From: Syntrophorhabdales bacterium
Lineage (GTDB): Bacteria > Desulfobacterota > Syntrophorhabdia > Syntrophorhabdales > WCHB1-27
Assembly (NCBI GenBank): GCA_035541455.1
Contig: DATKNH010000013.1
Coordinates: 4,780 to 68,779, forward strand
DNA: 64,000 nucleotides
Direction: 5' to 3'
Shown: piece by piece, positions 7,963 to 17,339 of the stretch
How the letters are laid out: each line of letters starts with the position of its first letter
Numbering within the stretch: position 1 is the first letter of the stretch
Notes under the pieces: model-generated
Databases searched by the model: none
The model's input: the letters and a program-made list of their open reading frames with translations, nothing else
Told to the model about the DNA's origin: nothing
Translations under genes and position numbers: made by a program

Positions 7963-9804
7963 CTATTTTGCTCTTTCCAGTATCTGCACTAACCCGGTGT
8001 CGCCGTTGATCCGGAGCAGATCACCCGTTTTTATCAGCTGTGTGCCCTTGCCTGTCCCGACAACGGTCGGCAATCCGTATTCCCTGCAGACAATGGCAGC
8101 GTGGCACATAGGGCCACCCACGTCGGTCACGGCCCCTGCAATCTTGACGAACGCAGGTGCCCAACTGGGCGACGTGGTGGTCGCCACCAGTATCTCTCCC
8201 TCTTGAAGATCAGCAAGCTGGTCCACGGTCTTCAGAACCCGGGCCTTTCCTTCGACCACACCGGATGAGCCTGCAGAGCCCTGGATCTCATTCTGCGCTC
8301 CTCCTTCTGCGGGGCCGGCGAGCCACTTCTGGAGGGCATCGTTGGTGACTCCCCAGAGGACAATGGTGAAGGGCTCTGTCACAACGTCTGGTGGCACGCC
8401 AAGCGCCGGCGGCGGGGTCCACTGTTTGAACTTTTCGTAAACACCCTTTCTCCAGGCAATCTCTTTCGGCCAGTAGGAAGGTCCTCTCGCCCTCACCCCC
8501 GTTGCCCAGGAGGTGACATGATCCCAGAGCGCCTGTTTGATCTCATCACGCCTCAGGAACCAGATGTCCTCGTCGGCATTTTCGATGAATCCCGCATTCT
8601 GAAGGATCTGGCCCACCTGGCGGACCTTCCCCCAGAAAAGGCTGTGAAACCAGTGCTCCACGTAGAAATTATGATCCTCAGCGTAAGGCAACACCAACCG
8701 AGCTATAGCCAGGCCTTGATCGAATGCCTCTCTGTCAGCATCGGTCTTTATCAGCTTCCTGTACTCACCCGCGATCCGATCACGCTCCTTGAGAATCTGG
8801 GCCGTCGGTCTGCCGATCTCCTTGCCTGCTTTAAGGGTTTTAATGTTAGTCCGGATATTATCGAAGGGAACGTTAAGATTATCATTCCAGCTGATATGTG
8901 TGTGATACCAGCCTGTGCCTGTAGACATGTAGAACCACGGGTAGCGCGCTTTTTCCAGTTCCTTGAGCCACTCCTTGCCCACAGGATGCTTCTCCAGTTC
9001 CTTCATGAGCTCATCGGCTTTCAATGGTTTGGCGAATATGTCTTCGATACCGACTTCGATAGCGAGTTTCGCCAGCCTTATCAGTTCAGCATCGGGCTTG
9101 AAAAGGATAGGATCAAAACCGGCCGACATCTTGACCAGCGTTGATATCGGTACATCTGGAAAAATCTGGTTAGCCGTGCCGAAGAAAGTCACCTGCGCAG
9201 CGTAACACAGGTTCAGGAATTCAAAATGATACTGCCAGCACAGCAGGCCAAGGTCGATCAGCTCATCGTATCTTCTGAGGAGCTCGTAGCCGCTCCCCTT
9301 TCCAAGCCCGTCCTTGATGACGCTGATATCCTCCATCACGGGAAGGTCGGTAAAGTTCATTGATTCGAGTTTATCGATCGTGGCGGTCATCTTCTTCTTC
9401 CAGTTTTCATACAACCTGTCCCAGTTCTGGAAATAATACCCTGCGCGCTCCATAAAATGCGGCACCCGCTTTCCCACTTCCTCAGGGTCGGGAACGCCGA
9501 CAGGGCTGATGTACACATACCCGTTAACGATCCTGTGGTCGATGCCGAGGGCGGGCGGGATGATGTAATGGCGGGTGTTATATTGCGAAAGAGCCAGAGA
9601 CCACGCTTCATCCCAGATGAGATCGAAAGGATAATGAGGCTCCGGGTAATGGAGGCCATCATAGAACCATATCTGGCTGCTCTCAAATTTGGCACGTTCA
9701 GGATCTTCTTTGGAGAAGATATACTGATAAGGGTACAGCTTCTCCCAGCCTTCCGTTCCCGGAATCATTGGTACATCGTGTGGGTCCGTAAATGTTTTCG
9801 CCAT
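7963..9804 (-). CDS. PEP-utilising enzyme with C-terminal phospho-histidine swivel domain; phenylphosphate synthase alpha (PpsA)-like
   Basis: 613-aa ORF. C-terminus GEILVATTTSPSWAPAFVKIAGAVTDVGGPMCHAAIVCREYGLPTVVGTG is the PEP-utiliser mobile domain with the catalytic His. Large non-PPDK N-terminal part, as in split phenol-phosphorylating enzymes. Confidence 0.8.
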   Translation of the reverse strand: MAKTFTDPHDVPMIPGTEGWEKLYPYQYIFSKEDPERAKFESSQIWFYDGLHYPEPHYPFDLIWDEAWSLALSQYNTRHYIIPPALGIDHRIVNGYVYISPVGVPDPEEVGKRVPHFMERAGYYFQNWDRLYENWKKKMTATIDKLESMNFTDLPVMEDISVIKDGLGKGSGYELLRRYDELIDLGLLCWQYHFEFLNLCYAAQVTFFGTANQIFPDVPISTLVKMSAGFDPILFKPDAELIRLAKLAIEVGIEDIFAKPLKADELMKELEKHPVGKEWLKELEKARYPWFYMSTGTGWYHTHISWNDNLNVPFDNIRTNIKTLKAGKEIGRPTAQILKERDRIAGEYRKLIKTDADREAFDQGLAIARLVLPYAEDHNFYVEHWFHSLFWGKVRQVGQILQNAGFIENADEDIWFLRRDEIKQALWDHVTSWATGVRARGPSYWPKEIAWRKGVYEKFKQWTPPPALGVPPDVVTEPFTIVLWGVTNDALQKWLAGPAEGGAQNEIQGSAGSSGVVEGKARVLKTVDQLADLQEGEILVATTTSPSWAPAFVKIAGAVTDVGGPMCHAAIVCREYGLPTVVGTGKGTQLIKTGDLLRINGDTGLVQILERAK

Positions 9805-9838
9805 AAATTCCTCCTCCCCTTTTTTTTAGTGGCGCTAA

Positions 9839-10486
9839 CTAGAGTCTGAACCATCGCGGTTCATCGAACCGCTCGGTACAACGCAGCACACGGCTCGCGT
9901 AGTTCAATACATACTTACCCTTCAGCTTTAGGTTGAGTTTTCTAAACTCCTCGTTATTCAGGAGGCGCCCGATGTCCACCGGATCTTTGAAAGTGAACTC
10001 GCTGACGATTTCGCTGACTCCACCAAGAACAACGTTCCATCCGCCTGTCACTTCCATGTAATCTATTTTTTGGATAGTGGGCAGGTATTCCTTGACGATG
10101 AAGTCCGCGTACTCTTTTTTTACTCCCGGCTTCAGGTCGTAGTACTGATTAAATTTCCACACACCTTTCTGAATAGTGTATGTTTCTCGCTTTACCCTGC
10201 CGGTCGGCTCGAGGACGGTGGTCCTGTAGCTGTAGACAAGCGATTTAACATTTAGTGAAAGCTGTTTGAATCGTTCACTCGTAATAACGCGGGAAAGCAG
10301 TTCGAGGTCGGTTGCCAGGTTGACGCCTATCACCCTTGGGCCAAAACCGACCTCAACGTAATAGCCTCCGACCGGCGTGAGCCCTGTAGCTGCTAACTCC
10401 TTCAGGTAGGTACCGGCGATAAAATTCGCGTATTCGTCCTCTTTCCCCGGAATGATGTCATAGGCTGTAGTGAACAGAACAGACAT
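9839..10486 (-). CDS. Internally duplicated protein of unknown function (two alpha+beta-barrel/NIPSNAP-like halves, tentative), first gene of the pps-like operon
   Basis: 215 aa. Half 1 is YDIIPGKEDEYANFIAGTYLKE...ERFKQLSLNVKSLVYSYRTTVLEPTGR. Half 2 is YYDLKPGVKKEYADFIVKEYLPT...EEFRKLNLKLKGKYVLNYASRVLRCTER. AAGGAGG RBS. Confidence 0.5.
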   Translation of the reverse strand: MSVLFTTAYDIIPGKEDEYANFIAGTYLKELAATGLTPVGGYYVEVGFGPRVIGVNLATDLELLSRVITSERFKQLSLNVKSLVYSYRTTVLEPTGRVKRETYTIQKGVWKFNQYYDLKPGVKKEYADFIVKEYLPTIQKIDYMEVTGGWNVVLGGVSEIVSEFTFKDPVDIGRLLNNEEFRKLNLKLKGKYVLNYASRVLRCTERFDEPRWFRL

Positions 10487-10604
10487 AAAAACCTCCTTGG
10501 CTCATCGTGACATTACTTTGCGTGGATCTCATCTCCACACTTGACTAAGGCAGTTCTGACTACGATTGATTTGAATTTTGTGCAAAAACAGAAACATAAC
10601 TGCA

Positions 10605-10667
10605 ATTGTATAATGAGCAGTGAATATGTCAACTAATTTATTTTTATGCTATATAAGAAAAACTTAT
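10605..10667 (-). promoter_or_regulatory. Sigma70-type promoter plus LysR-type T-N11-A box for the pps-like operon
   Basis: Minus strand reads TTGACA (10632-10627), 16-nt spacer, TACAAT (10610-10605). The palindrome ATAAG-AAAAA-CTTAT (10653-10667) lies exactly 20 nt from the -35, the same geometry as at 2809-2871. Confidence 0.6.
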
Positions 10668-10893
10668 ATGAATTTTGACAGACTTGTCCGCAAAAGAGTT
10701 GAGCCGGTAAATCGTAATCTGATAAACTGCGTCATGTCGCCAAAAGATCAGGCTCAAGGTTCAAGGCTAAAGGTTAAAGACAGGGGAGATGCTGGGTTTC
10801 GGCCGCAAACTCGTAGCCCACAACTGGTAAATCGTAACGGTTCTCTAAAGGCTCACCAAGGGATTCTCGGAATAGGCGGATCCGGGTAACCCC

Positions 10894-12132
10894 ATGGCCA
10901 TCCGCCTTCGCCCCTACCTTGAAGTCTACCGCAGCCGGCGTATCGGCCTGATGCTCATCTTCGGTTTCTCGTCGGGTTTGCCCTTCGCTCTCACGGGCGG
11001 AACACTCCAGGCATGGATGACCGTATCAGGAGTGAATCTCCGGACCATGGGCATCTTCTCGGCAATAGGTCTCCCGTATGCGCTCAAATTCCTCTGGTCG
11101 CCTCTTATGGACCGATTCGCAGTGCCGTGGCTGGGAAGACGAAGAGGATGGATCGTTTCCATGCAGGTCCTTCTCTTGCTGGCCATTGTTACCATGGCGT
11201 TTGCATCTCCCGAGCATGGGTTGGGGGTGTTGGCTTTTCTGGCGTTCTCAGTTGCATTCTTTTCTGCTTCACAGGACATTGTGATCGATGCGTACCGGAC
11301 CGATTTGCTGCAAGAGGCCGAACGGGGCGCCGGGACTGCAGTCTACGTGACCGGCTATCGGATTGCCATGCTGGTCTCGGGGGCGGGAGCCCTCATCGTA
11401 TCGGAACGTGCCGGTTGGAGGAATACCTATCTTCTGATGGCCTTTATGATGGTCGTGGGCATGATCGGCACGTTTATGGGGCCTGAACCGGATGGTACGT
11501 GGAGAGCCCCAAGGACGCTGCGGCAAGCCGTATGGGGACCGCTTAAGGATTTTTTCTCCCGCAATCATGCATGTGCCATGCTCGTATTCATTGTGCTGTA
11601 TAAATTGGGAGACGCATACGCCAGCAGCCTGACCACAGCATTCCTCATCGGAGGCATGGGATTTTCCCGGAGCGATGTCGGAGAGGTGAACAAGGCGTTC
11701 GGAATGGTTTCTCTCATTATCGGGGCAGGTATAGGCGGCTCGCTCATGGTACGGCTCGGGCTTTTTCGTGCGCTCCTCTATTTCGGGATTCTTCAGGCGG
11801 TCTCGATCCTTTCGTTCACCGCCCTTGCGCTTGCGGGGAAAAGCTATCCCATGCTTGTATTTGCAGTGGGATTCGAGAATCTCACCGGGGGTATGGGCAC
11901 GTCAGCCTTCGTGGCCTTTCTCATGGGACTCTGTGATCATCGCTACAGCGCGACGCAGTTTGCGCTGCTTTCGTCATTAGCCGTCCTCGGTCGGGTTCTC
12001 ATTTCGCTCTCCTCAGGCCTTGCAGTGGAATTGATAGGGTGGCCGAATTTTTTTCTCCTTGCCACTCTCAGCGCGTTGCCCGGGCTCGCACTTCTCTGGT
12101 GGATGCGTGACGCAGCGATATTCAAGCATTGA
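10894..12132 (+). CDS. ampG: AmpG-family MFS permease (muropeptide / acetyl-CoA transporter family)
   Basis: 412 aa, 12-TM-like. N-terminal signature GFSSGLPFALTGGTLQAWMTVSGVNLRTMGIFSAIGLPYALKFLWSPLMDRF. Confidence 0.8.
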   Translation: MAIRLRPYLEVYRSRRIGLMLIFGFSSGLPFALTGGTLQAWMTVSGVNLRTMGIFSAIGLPYALKFLWSPLMDRFAVPWLGRRRGWIVSMQVLLLLAIVTMAFASPEHGLGVLAFLAFSVAFFSASQDIVIDAYRTDLLQEAERGAGTAVYVTGYRIAMLVSGAGALIVSERAGWRNTYLLMAFMMVVGMIGTFMGPEPDGTWRAPRTLRQAVWGPLKDFFSRNHACAMLVFIVLYKLGDAYASSLTTAFLIGGMGFSRSDVGEVNKAFGMVSLIIGAGIGGSLMVRLGLFRALLYFGILQAVSILSFTALALAGKSYPMLVFAVGFENLTGGMGTSAFVAFLMGLCDHRYSATQFALLSSLAVLGRVLISLSSGLAVELIGWPNFFLLATLSALPGLALLWWMRDAAIFKH

Positions 12133-12161
12133 AATAGTGGCAATAATGGATATGTTTACAC

Positions 12162-13535
12162 ATGCGCCGCATTTCGGCAATACTGTCTTCATTCCTTCTC
12201 CTTGTCGTCCTTTATAACTGCGCCAGCCTCCCCGATGCAAATGACGTTATATACGGCCCGTTAGACCTACGCTCGCCCACAGTGGTCGGCCCTCGGGGTG
12301 AACTCTCGCCCGAGCAAAGCAAGCACATTCTGGACCGACTCGGACGACAGTCCGGGTCGACTGATCTCCTCACGCGGCAGACCATCGTACTCGAGGAAAT
12401 CAGTGGAAGTCCCCTCATTGCCGGGAACAAAGCCACTCTGCTTATAGATGGAGGAGCCACATATGGAGCGATGATGCAGGCGATTGATGGTGCCAGGGAT
12501 CACATCAATTTCGAGACGTTTATCTTCGAAGATGATGATATAGGCCGGCGGTTCGCGGATCTCCTGGTGGAAAAACAGGGACAGGGTGTTCAGGTCAATC
12601 TTATCTATGACAGTGTCGGATCTATGCACACGTCGACCGCTTTTTTTAAGCGCCTGCGGGACTCCGGGGCCAAAGTGCTGGAGTTTAACCCGCTGAATCC
12701 CCTGAAAGCGAAGAAGGTAGATTTCCTGACGCATCGGGATCACCGGAAGATATTGATTGTGGATGGCAAAATAGCGTTTACAGGTGGTGTGAACATAAGC
12801 GGTGTCTATTCCTCCAGTCCCTCCAGTCCTACCTCCAGCGGCAAAGAGCCGTGGCGTGACACCGATGTTCAGATAGAAGGTCCTGCAGTGGCTGAATTAC
12901 AGAAACTCTTTCTGGATACCTGGAAACGGCAGAAGGGCCCGGAGCTTGCGCAGACAAATTTCTTCCCGGAGCTCAAGCGGCAGGGAAGCGACCTGATACA
13001 GGTAATCGGAAGTACGCCGGGTGAGAGTAACCGGGAGACGTACATCATGTATATATCAGCGATCACATTCGCAGAAAAGAGTGTTCACCTGACCGACGCA
13101 TATTTTGTACCGGACAGTCAGACCATGACAGCACTTACCGATGCGGCGAAACGCGGTGTGGACGTGAGATTGATTGTTCCAGGGGTCAGCGACAGCGACC
13201 TTGTCTTTTATGCGGGAAGGTCCCACTATGAGGATCTTCTGGAATCAGGCGTGAAACTGTATGAGCGGAAGGGTGGCATGCTCCATGCCAAGACAGCAGT
13301 GATCGACAGTGTCTGGTCCACGGTTGGTTCAACTAACCTTGACCTCTGGAGCTTCGCGAGAAACGACGAGGTAAATGCAATCATTATCGGCCAGGACTTT
13401 GCCGTTGAGATGGAAAGCATGTTTGCCGCTGACATACAGGCGTCGCAAGGAATCACGCCGGAGGAATGGAGACACCGGGGGGTGATCAATCGCATCAAGG
13501 AGTGGTTCTCGCGTCTCCTTTCGTACTGGCTTTAG
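12162..13535 (+). CDS. Phospholipase D-family cardiolipin synthase-like protein with N-terminal signal/anchor
   Basis: Two HKD motifs: HRKILIVDGKIAFTGGVNIS and LHAKTAVIDSVWSTVGSTNLD. Confidence 0.85.
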   Translation: MRRISAILSSFLLLVVLYNCASLPDANDVIYGPLDLRSPTVVGPRGELSPEQSKHILDRLGRQSGSTDLLTRQTIVLEEISGSPLIAGNKATLLIDGGATYGAMMQAIDGARDHINFETFIFEDDDIGRRFADLLVEKQGQGVQVNLIYDSVGSMHTSTAFFKRLRDSGAKVLEFNPLNPLKAKKVDFLTHRDHRKILIVDGKIAFTGGVNISGVYSSSPSSPTSSGKEPWRDTDVQIEGPAVAELQKLFLDTWKRQKGPELAQTNFFPELKRQGSDLIQVIGSTPGESNRETYIMYISAITFAEKSVHLTDAYFVPDSQTMTALTDAAKRGVDVRLIVPGVSDSDLVFYAGRSHYEDLLESGVKLYERKGGMLHAKTAVIDSVWSTVGSTNLDLWSFARNDEVNAIIIGQDFAVEMESMFAADIQASQGITPEEWRHRGVINRIKEWFSRLLSYWL

Positions 13536-13544
13536 GCGAGGTGT

Positions 13545-14219
13545 ATGATGGAAAAAACAATTGGGTCGTTTGAGTTCAAGCAGTGTGTAATCGTCCCCAA
13601 GTCCACGGGTCAAAGCGCGGCAAACCTCCGCCAGTTAAGAACGCTGTTGACCAGTGTGAGCGATGAGTCGATATTCCACCACACGTATCAATACTTCCTG
13701 TCAGGTCACGTCCTGGAGTATACGAACGCCTTTGCCCATTGGGTTGCGGAGAGCCTTGGCGAAAAGGCGCTTTCGGAGCACTTGTCAAACATTGATCCCT
13801 ATTCCTTTCCTAACATCGAAGCGTTTCGGCACGAGTTGTTGAAAGCGATAGACCTCCGGCTGGAAGCACTCCCTGAGCCTCGCGACGCGATGGTTGGGGA
13901 GGAGTTTTTCTTTAGTGAGGCATTAACCCTCATCTTTCCGTTGCATGTGAGGGCAAGAAATCTCGCAGAGTTTCTCATCGCGATCCGTTACATCGATAAG
14001 AGTTCCATCTACTATCATTTCTATGAGGCGAGGATGCGGCTTGGGGGCGGAACAGATGACTTTTCGAAATGGTTCAGTAACTCCGTTGGCCAGGAGAGCT
14101 TGGGCGAACGACTAAACGCAATAGACCCTTTCATGCACACCCTCGAAGGAATAAGGAATCACATTGTCGAGGCGGTGGAGGATGAAGTGAGAAGGGCTAT
14201 GGAAGAGATAACGTCATGA
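13545..14219 (+). CDS. Conserved hypothetical protein with internal duplication, co-transcribed with treT (DUF5752-like, tentative)
   Basis: 224 aa. Repeat 1 is FHHTYQYF...FAHWVAESLGEKALSEHLSNIDPYSF. Repeat 2 is YYHFYEARM...FSKWFSNSVGQESLGERLNAIDPFMH. Its stop overlaps the treT start (ATGA). Confidence 0.45.
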   Translation: MMEKTIGSFEFKQCVIVPKSTGQSAANLRQLRTLLTSVSDESIFHHTYQYFLSGHVLEYTNAFAHWVAESLGEKALSEHLSNIDPYSFPNIEAFRHELLKAIDLRLEALPEPRDAMVGEEFFFSEALTLIFPLHVRARNLAEFLIAIRYIDKSSIYYHFYEARMRLGGGTDDFSKWFSNSVGQESLGERLNAIDPFMHTLEGIRNHIVEAVEDEVRRAMEEITS

Positions 14220-15436
14220 TTACCGATTATGCAGGTATTTCGCCGAAAGGTGATCTGTTGCTGCTCCAAAAGCTCGGCGAGAGATTGAGCGGTAAATCCT
14301 TCCTTCACATCAACTCGACACGGTTGGGCGGCGGCGTGGCCGAAATTCTGCAAAGAATGGTGCCGATTCTCGCGGAGCTCGGCATCGAGGCGCGCTGGGA
14401 TATCATAGAGGGCGACCAGAGGTTCTTCGACATAACAAAGAAGATTCACAACGCCCTTCAGGGCGACCAGGTGCAGATTTCAGCGGAGATGTGGGACTAC
14501 CACGCCGAGATCAACAAGAAGAACGCTGAAAGGCTGAACCTGGAAGCAGACGCGGTCCTGATCCATGACCCCCAACCGGCACCCTTGATTGAGTTCAGAA
14601 CAGGCGGCAAGTGGATCTGGCGGTGTCATATTGATCTATCCAACCCGGCCAAAGATGTGGCTCATTTTCTTAAGGGGTACTGCGAGAAGTATGACGCAGC
14701 GATTTTTTCAGTGGCAAAGTTTGTCATGCCCATGACCATAAACCAGTTTATCATTTTACCATCCATTGACCCTCTCAGCGAGAAGAACAGAGAGGTGACA
14801 AAGGAGGAAATAGAGGAGACCGCCGAAAGGCTCCATATCCCTGCAGACAGGACCATTCTTCTTCAAGTCTCTAGATTCGACCTTTTCAAAGACCCCGTCG
14901 GCGTTATCCAGGCCTACAGAATGGTCAAGAAATACAACGATTGCATCCTCATACTTGCCGGGAGCCCCGCGACAGACGACCCGGAAGGGGAGGCTGTTCT
15001 GGCAGCTGTCAGGGAATTTGCAGCGGATGACCCGGACATATATATCCTGATGCTGCCAGCGAACAGTGATAGAGAAATCAATGTATTGCAGCGGATGGCC
15101 ACGGTGATTCTCCAGAAATCTCTCAAGGAGGGATTCGGCCTTACCGTGGCAGAAGGCATGTGGAAAGGAAAGCCTGTTATAGGCGGAGCAGCGGGCGGGA
15201 TCCCCATGCAGATCGTAGACGGCCTCAACGGCTTTCTTGTTCATTCGGTGGAGGGGGCGGCTTTCAGGGTAAGACAACTTCTCAATAACCCTGAAATGTC
15301 CCGGGAGATGGGTCAGCGCGCGAAGGATCACGTGAGAACAAACTTTCTCATAACGCGGCAGATACGGGACTATCTCGCTGTCTGGTATTCTCTGGAGCAG
15401 GGAGGAAGAACGGTCCTGGAGCTGTGGCAGCATTAG
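14216..15436 (+). CDS. treT: Trehalose glycosyl-transferring synthase (TreT-type GT4 glycosyltransferase)
   Basis: 406 aa. N-terminus INSTRLGGGVAEILQRMVPILAELGIEARWDIIEGDQRFFDITKKIHNALQG closely parallels archaeal and bacterial TreT. Confidence 0.8.
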   Translation: MITDYAGISPKGDLLLLQKLGERLSGKSFLHINSTRLGGGVAEILQRMVPILAELGIEARWDIIEGDQRFFDITKKIHNALQGDQVQISAEMWDYHAEINKKNAERLNLEADAVLIHDPQPAPLIEFRTGGKWIWRCHIDLSNPAKDVAHFLKGYCEKYDAAIFSVAKFVMPMTINQFIILPSIDPLSEKNREVTKEEIEETAERLHIPADRTILLQVSRFDLFKDPVGVIQAYRMVKKYNDCILILAGSPATDDPEGEAVLAAVREFAADDPDIYILMLPANSDREINVLQRMATVILQKSLKEGFGLTVAEGMWKGKPVIGGAAGGIPMQIVDGLNGFLVHSVEGAAFRVRQLLNNPEMSREMGQRAKDHVRTNFLITRQIRDYLAVWYSLEQGGRTVLELWQH

Positions 15437-15455
15437 AAAGTCGCGAGACTGGATC

Positions 15456-17300
15456 ATGTGGGAGCTGGACATAGGGGCATCGGTTGTTGCGGGAGAGGCG
15501 GTATACTTCAGGGTTTGGGCACCACGCGCAAAAACAGTTTGCGTCAGGCTTTCATCTCGCACTCATGGTGGAGAAGTTCCGCTCCACAGAGATAAGAAAG
15601 GCTACTTTGAAGGAGAGGCCGGAAGCGTATCCGCGGGAGAGCAGTACTTCTATGTCCTGGATGATGAAATCGTGCGGCCCGATCCTGCGTCACGGTATCA
15701 GCCCGAAGGCGTCCACGGCCCGTCCCGGATAGTCGATCCTCGCGGATTCTCTTGGGCTGATGAGGACTGGAAAGGGATACCGTTGAAGGAGTTCATCATG
15801 TATGAGCTCCACGTGGGCACCTTCACGCGGGAGGGCACTTTCGAAGCGATCGTCGAACATCTGAATTATCTCACGGACCTGGGAGTTACTGCCGTGGAAA
15901 TGATGCCGGTCGCACAGTTCCCTGGCAGCAGGAATTGGGGTTACGACGGAGTCTATCCTTTTGCACCGCAGAATACGTATGGGGGTCCCGAAGGCCTGAA
16001 AAGGCTGATTAATGCCTGTCACAGAAAGGGGCTGGCGGTAGTGCTCGATGTCGTCTACAACCATCTGGGGCCTGAAGGCAACTACCTTAGCAGTTTCGGC
16101 CCGTATTTCACAGACAGGTATAAGACGCCGTGGGGTGAAGCGATCAACTTCGACGGACCATGCAGCGACCAGGTGCGGCATTACTTCATCAGCAATGCGC
16201 TTTACTGGATAACGGAATACCATGTCGACGCTCTCAGGATCGATGCCATACACGGTATATTCGATTTCGGAGCACGCCATTTCCTGGAGGAGCTTGCACA
16301 TGCCGTACACTCACTGGCTGTAGCCTTGCGACACCCTATTTACGTGATTGCCGAAAGCGATCTTAACGATGTGAGAGTTATAAATCCGACGGCCATCGGT
16401 GGCTACGGACTCGACGGCCAGTGGAACGACGATTTTCAGCATGCCCTTCACGCTCTGATCACGGGCGAGACTAACGGCTACTATCAGGACTTTGGCGGGC
16501 TGGCCCACGTGGCTAAAGCGATGTCGGAAGGTTTTGTCTATTCAGGCCAGTACTCGTCATACAGAAAGCGGAGACATGGCAATTCTTCAAAAGAGAGGCC
16601 CGCCCATCAATTCGTCATTTTTTTTCAGAACCACGATCAGGCAGGCAATAGACCGGACAGGGTGAGCCGGATTCTGTCGCTCGAGCAGATGAAGCTCGCC
16701 GCAAGCGTGGTGCTGCTCTCTCCGTGCATTCCTCTTCTGTTTATGGGAGAGGAATACGCCGAGAAAGCACCATTTTACTATTTCGTAAGCCACTCGGATC
16801 AAACCCTCGTCGAAGCAGTGCGCAACGGCAGGAGGGAAGACTTCGGGAGATTTGGCTGGGCATCGGAAGTTCCTGATCCGCAGGCAGAGTCGACGTTTCT
16901 CACGTCAAAGATCGACCTCTGCGGTTATCGGTCGGACGAGCAGGTGCACCTGTCCGACTTCTATCGGGCGCTGCTGCACATGAGAAAGGAAACTCCTGTA
17001 CTTGCAGATCCTGTCGGAGAACAGATGGAAATAAGAGATTATGAAGACAAAAGGGTACTTTTTGTAAGAAGGTGGTTTTCGGGAGAGAATCTTTCCTGTC
17101 TCTATAATTTCAATGTCGAAACTATACGTGTTACCGTGACGCTTCCCGAAGGGAAGTGGGTCAAGGCAGTAGACTCTTCCTCGGGAAAGTGGGGTGGCCC
17201 CGGGGAATTGGCGCCGCTCCGCATCGTCTCTGGTGGAATAGAAGACCAGATAAACCTCAATCCATACAGCGTTGTTCTTTACCGGACAAGTGAGTGCTAA
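15456..17300 (+). CDS. treZ: Malto-oligosyltrehalose trehalohydrolase (GH13)
   Basis: 614 aa. YFRVWAP...DPASRYQPEGVHGPSRIVDP...YELHVGTFT...NWGYDGVYPFAP...VLDVVYNHLGPEGNYL is the TreZ pattern. Confidence 0.9.
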   Translation: MWELDIGASVVAGEAVYFRVWAPRAKTVCVRLSSRTHGGEVPLHRDKKGYFEGEAGSVSAGEQYFYVLDDEIVRPDPASRYQPEGVHGPSRIVDPRGFSWADEDWKGIPLKEFIMYELHVGTFTREGTFEAIVEHLNYLTDLGVTAVEMMPVAQFPGSRNWGYDGVYPFAPQNTYGGPEGLKRLINACHRKGLAVVLDVVYNHLGPEGNYLSSFGPYFTDRYKTPWGEAINFDGPCSDQVRHYFISNALYWITEYHVDALRIDAIHGIFDFGARHFLEELAHAVHSLAVALRHPIYVIAESDLNDVRVINPTAIGGYGLDGQWNDDFQHALHALITGETNGYYQDFGGLAHVAKAMSEGFVYSGQYSSYRKRRHGNSSKERPAHQFVIFFQNHDQAGNRPDRVSRILSLEQMKLAASVVLLSPCIPLLFMGEEYAEKAPFYYFVSHSDQTLVEAVRNGRREDFGRFGWASEVPDPQAESTFLTSKIDLCGYRSDEQVHLSDFYRALLHMRKETPVLADPVGEQMEIRDYEDKRVLFVRRWFSGENLSCLYNFNVETIRVTVTLPEGKWVKAVDSSSGKWGGPGELAPLRIVSGGIEDQINLNPYSVVLYRTSEC

Positions 17301-17339
17301 GAGCGACCATGTCTAGGCGTGTGTACGATAGGTCAGAAA

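Noticed and set aside
10620-10889. An 89-aa ORF upstream of ampG.
   Set aside because: It starts inside the promoter/LysR-box region, has no RBS and no family resemblance, and spans repeat-like intergenic sequence.
12162-12260. The N-terminus of the cardiolipin-synthase-like protein read as a lipoprotein signal (VLYNC).
   Set aside because: The residues before the Cys do not fit a lipobox (L-[AS]-[GA]-C). It is called only as a signal or anchor.
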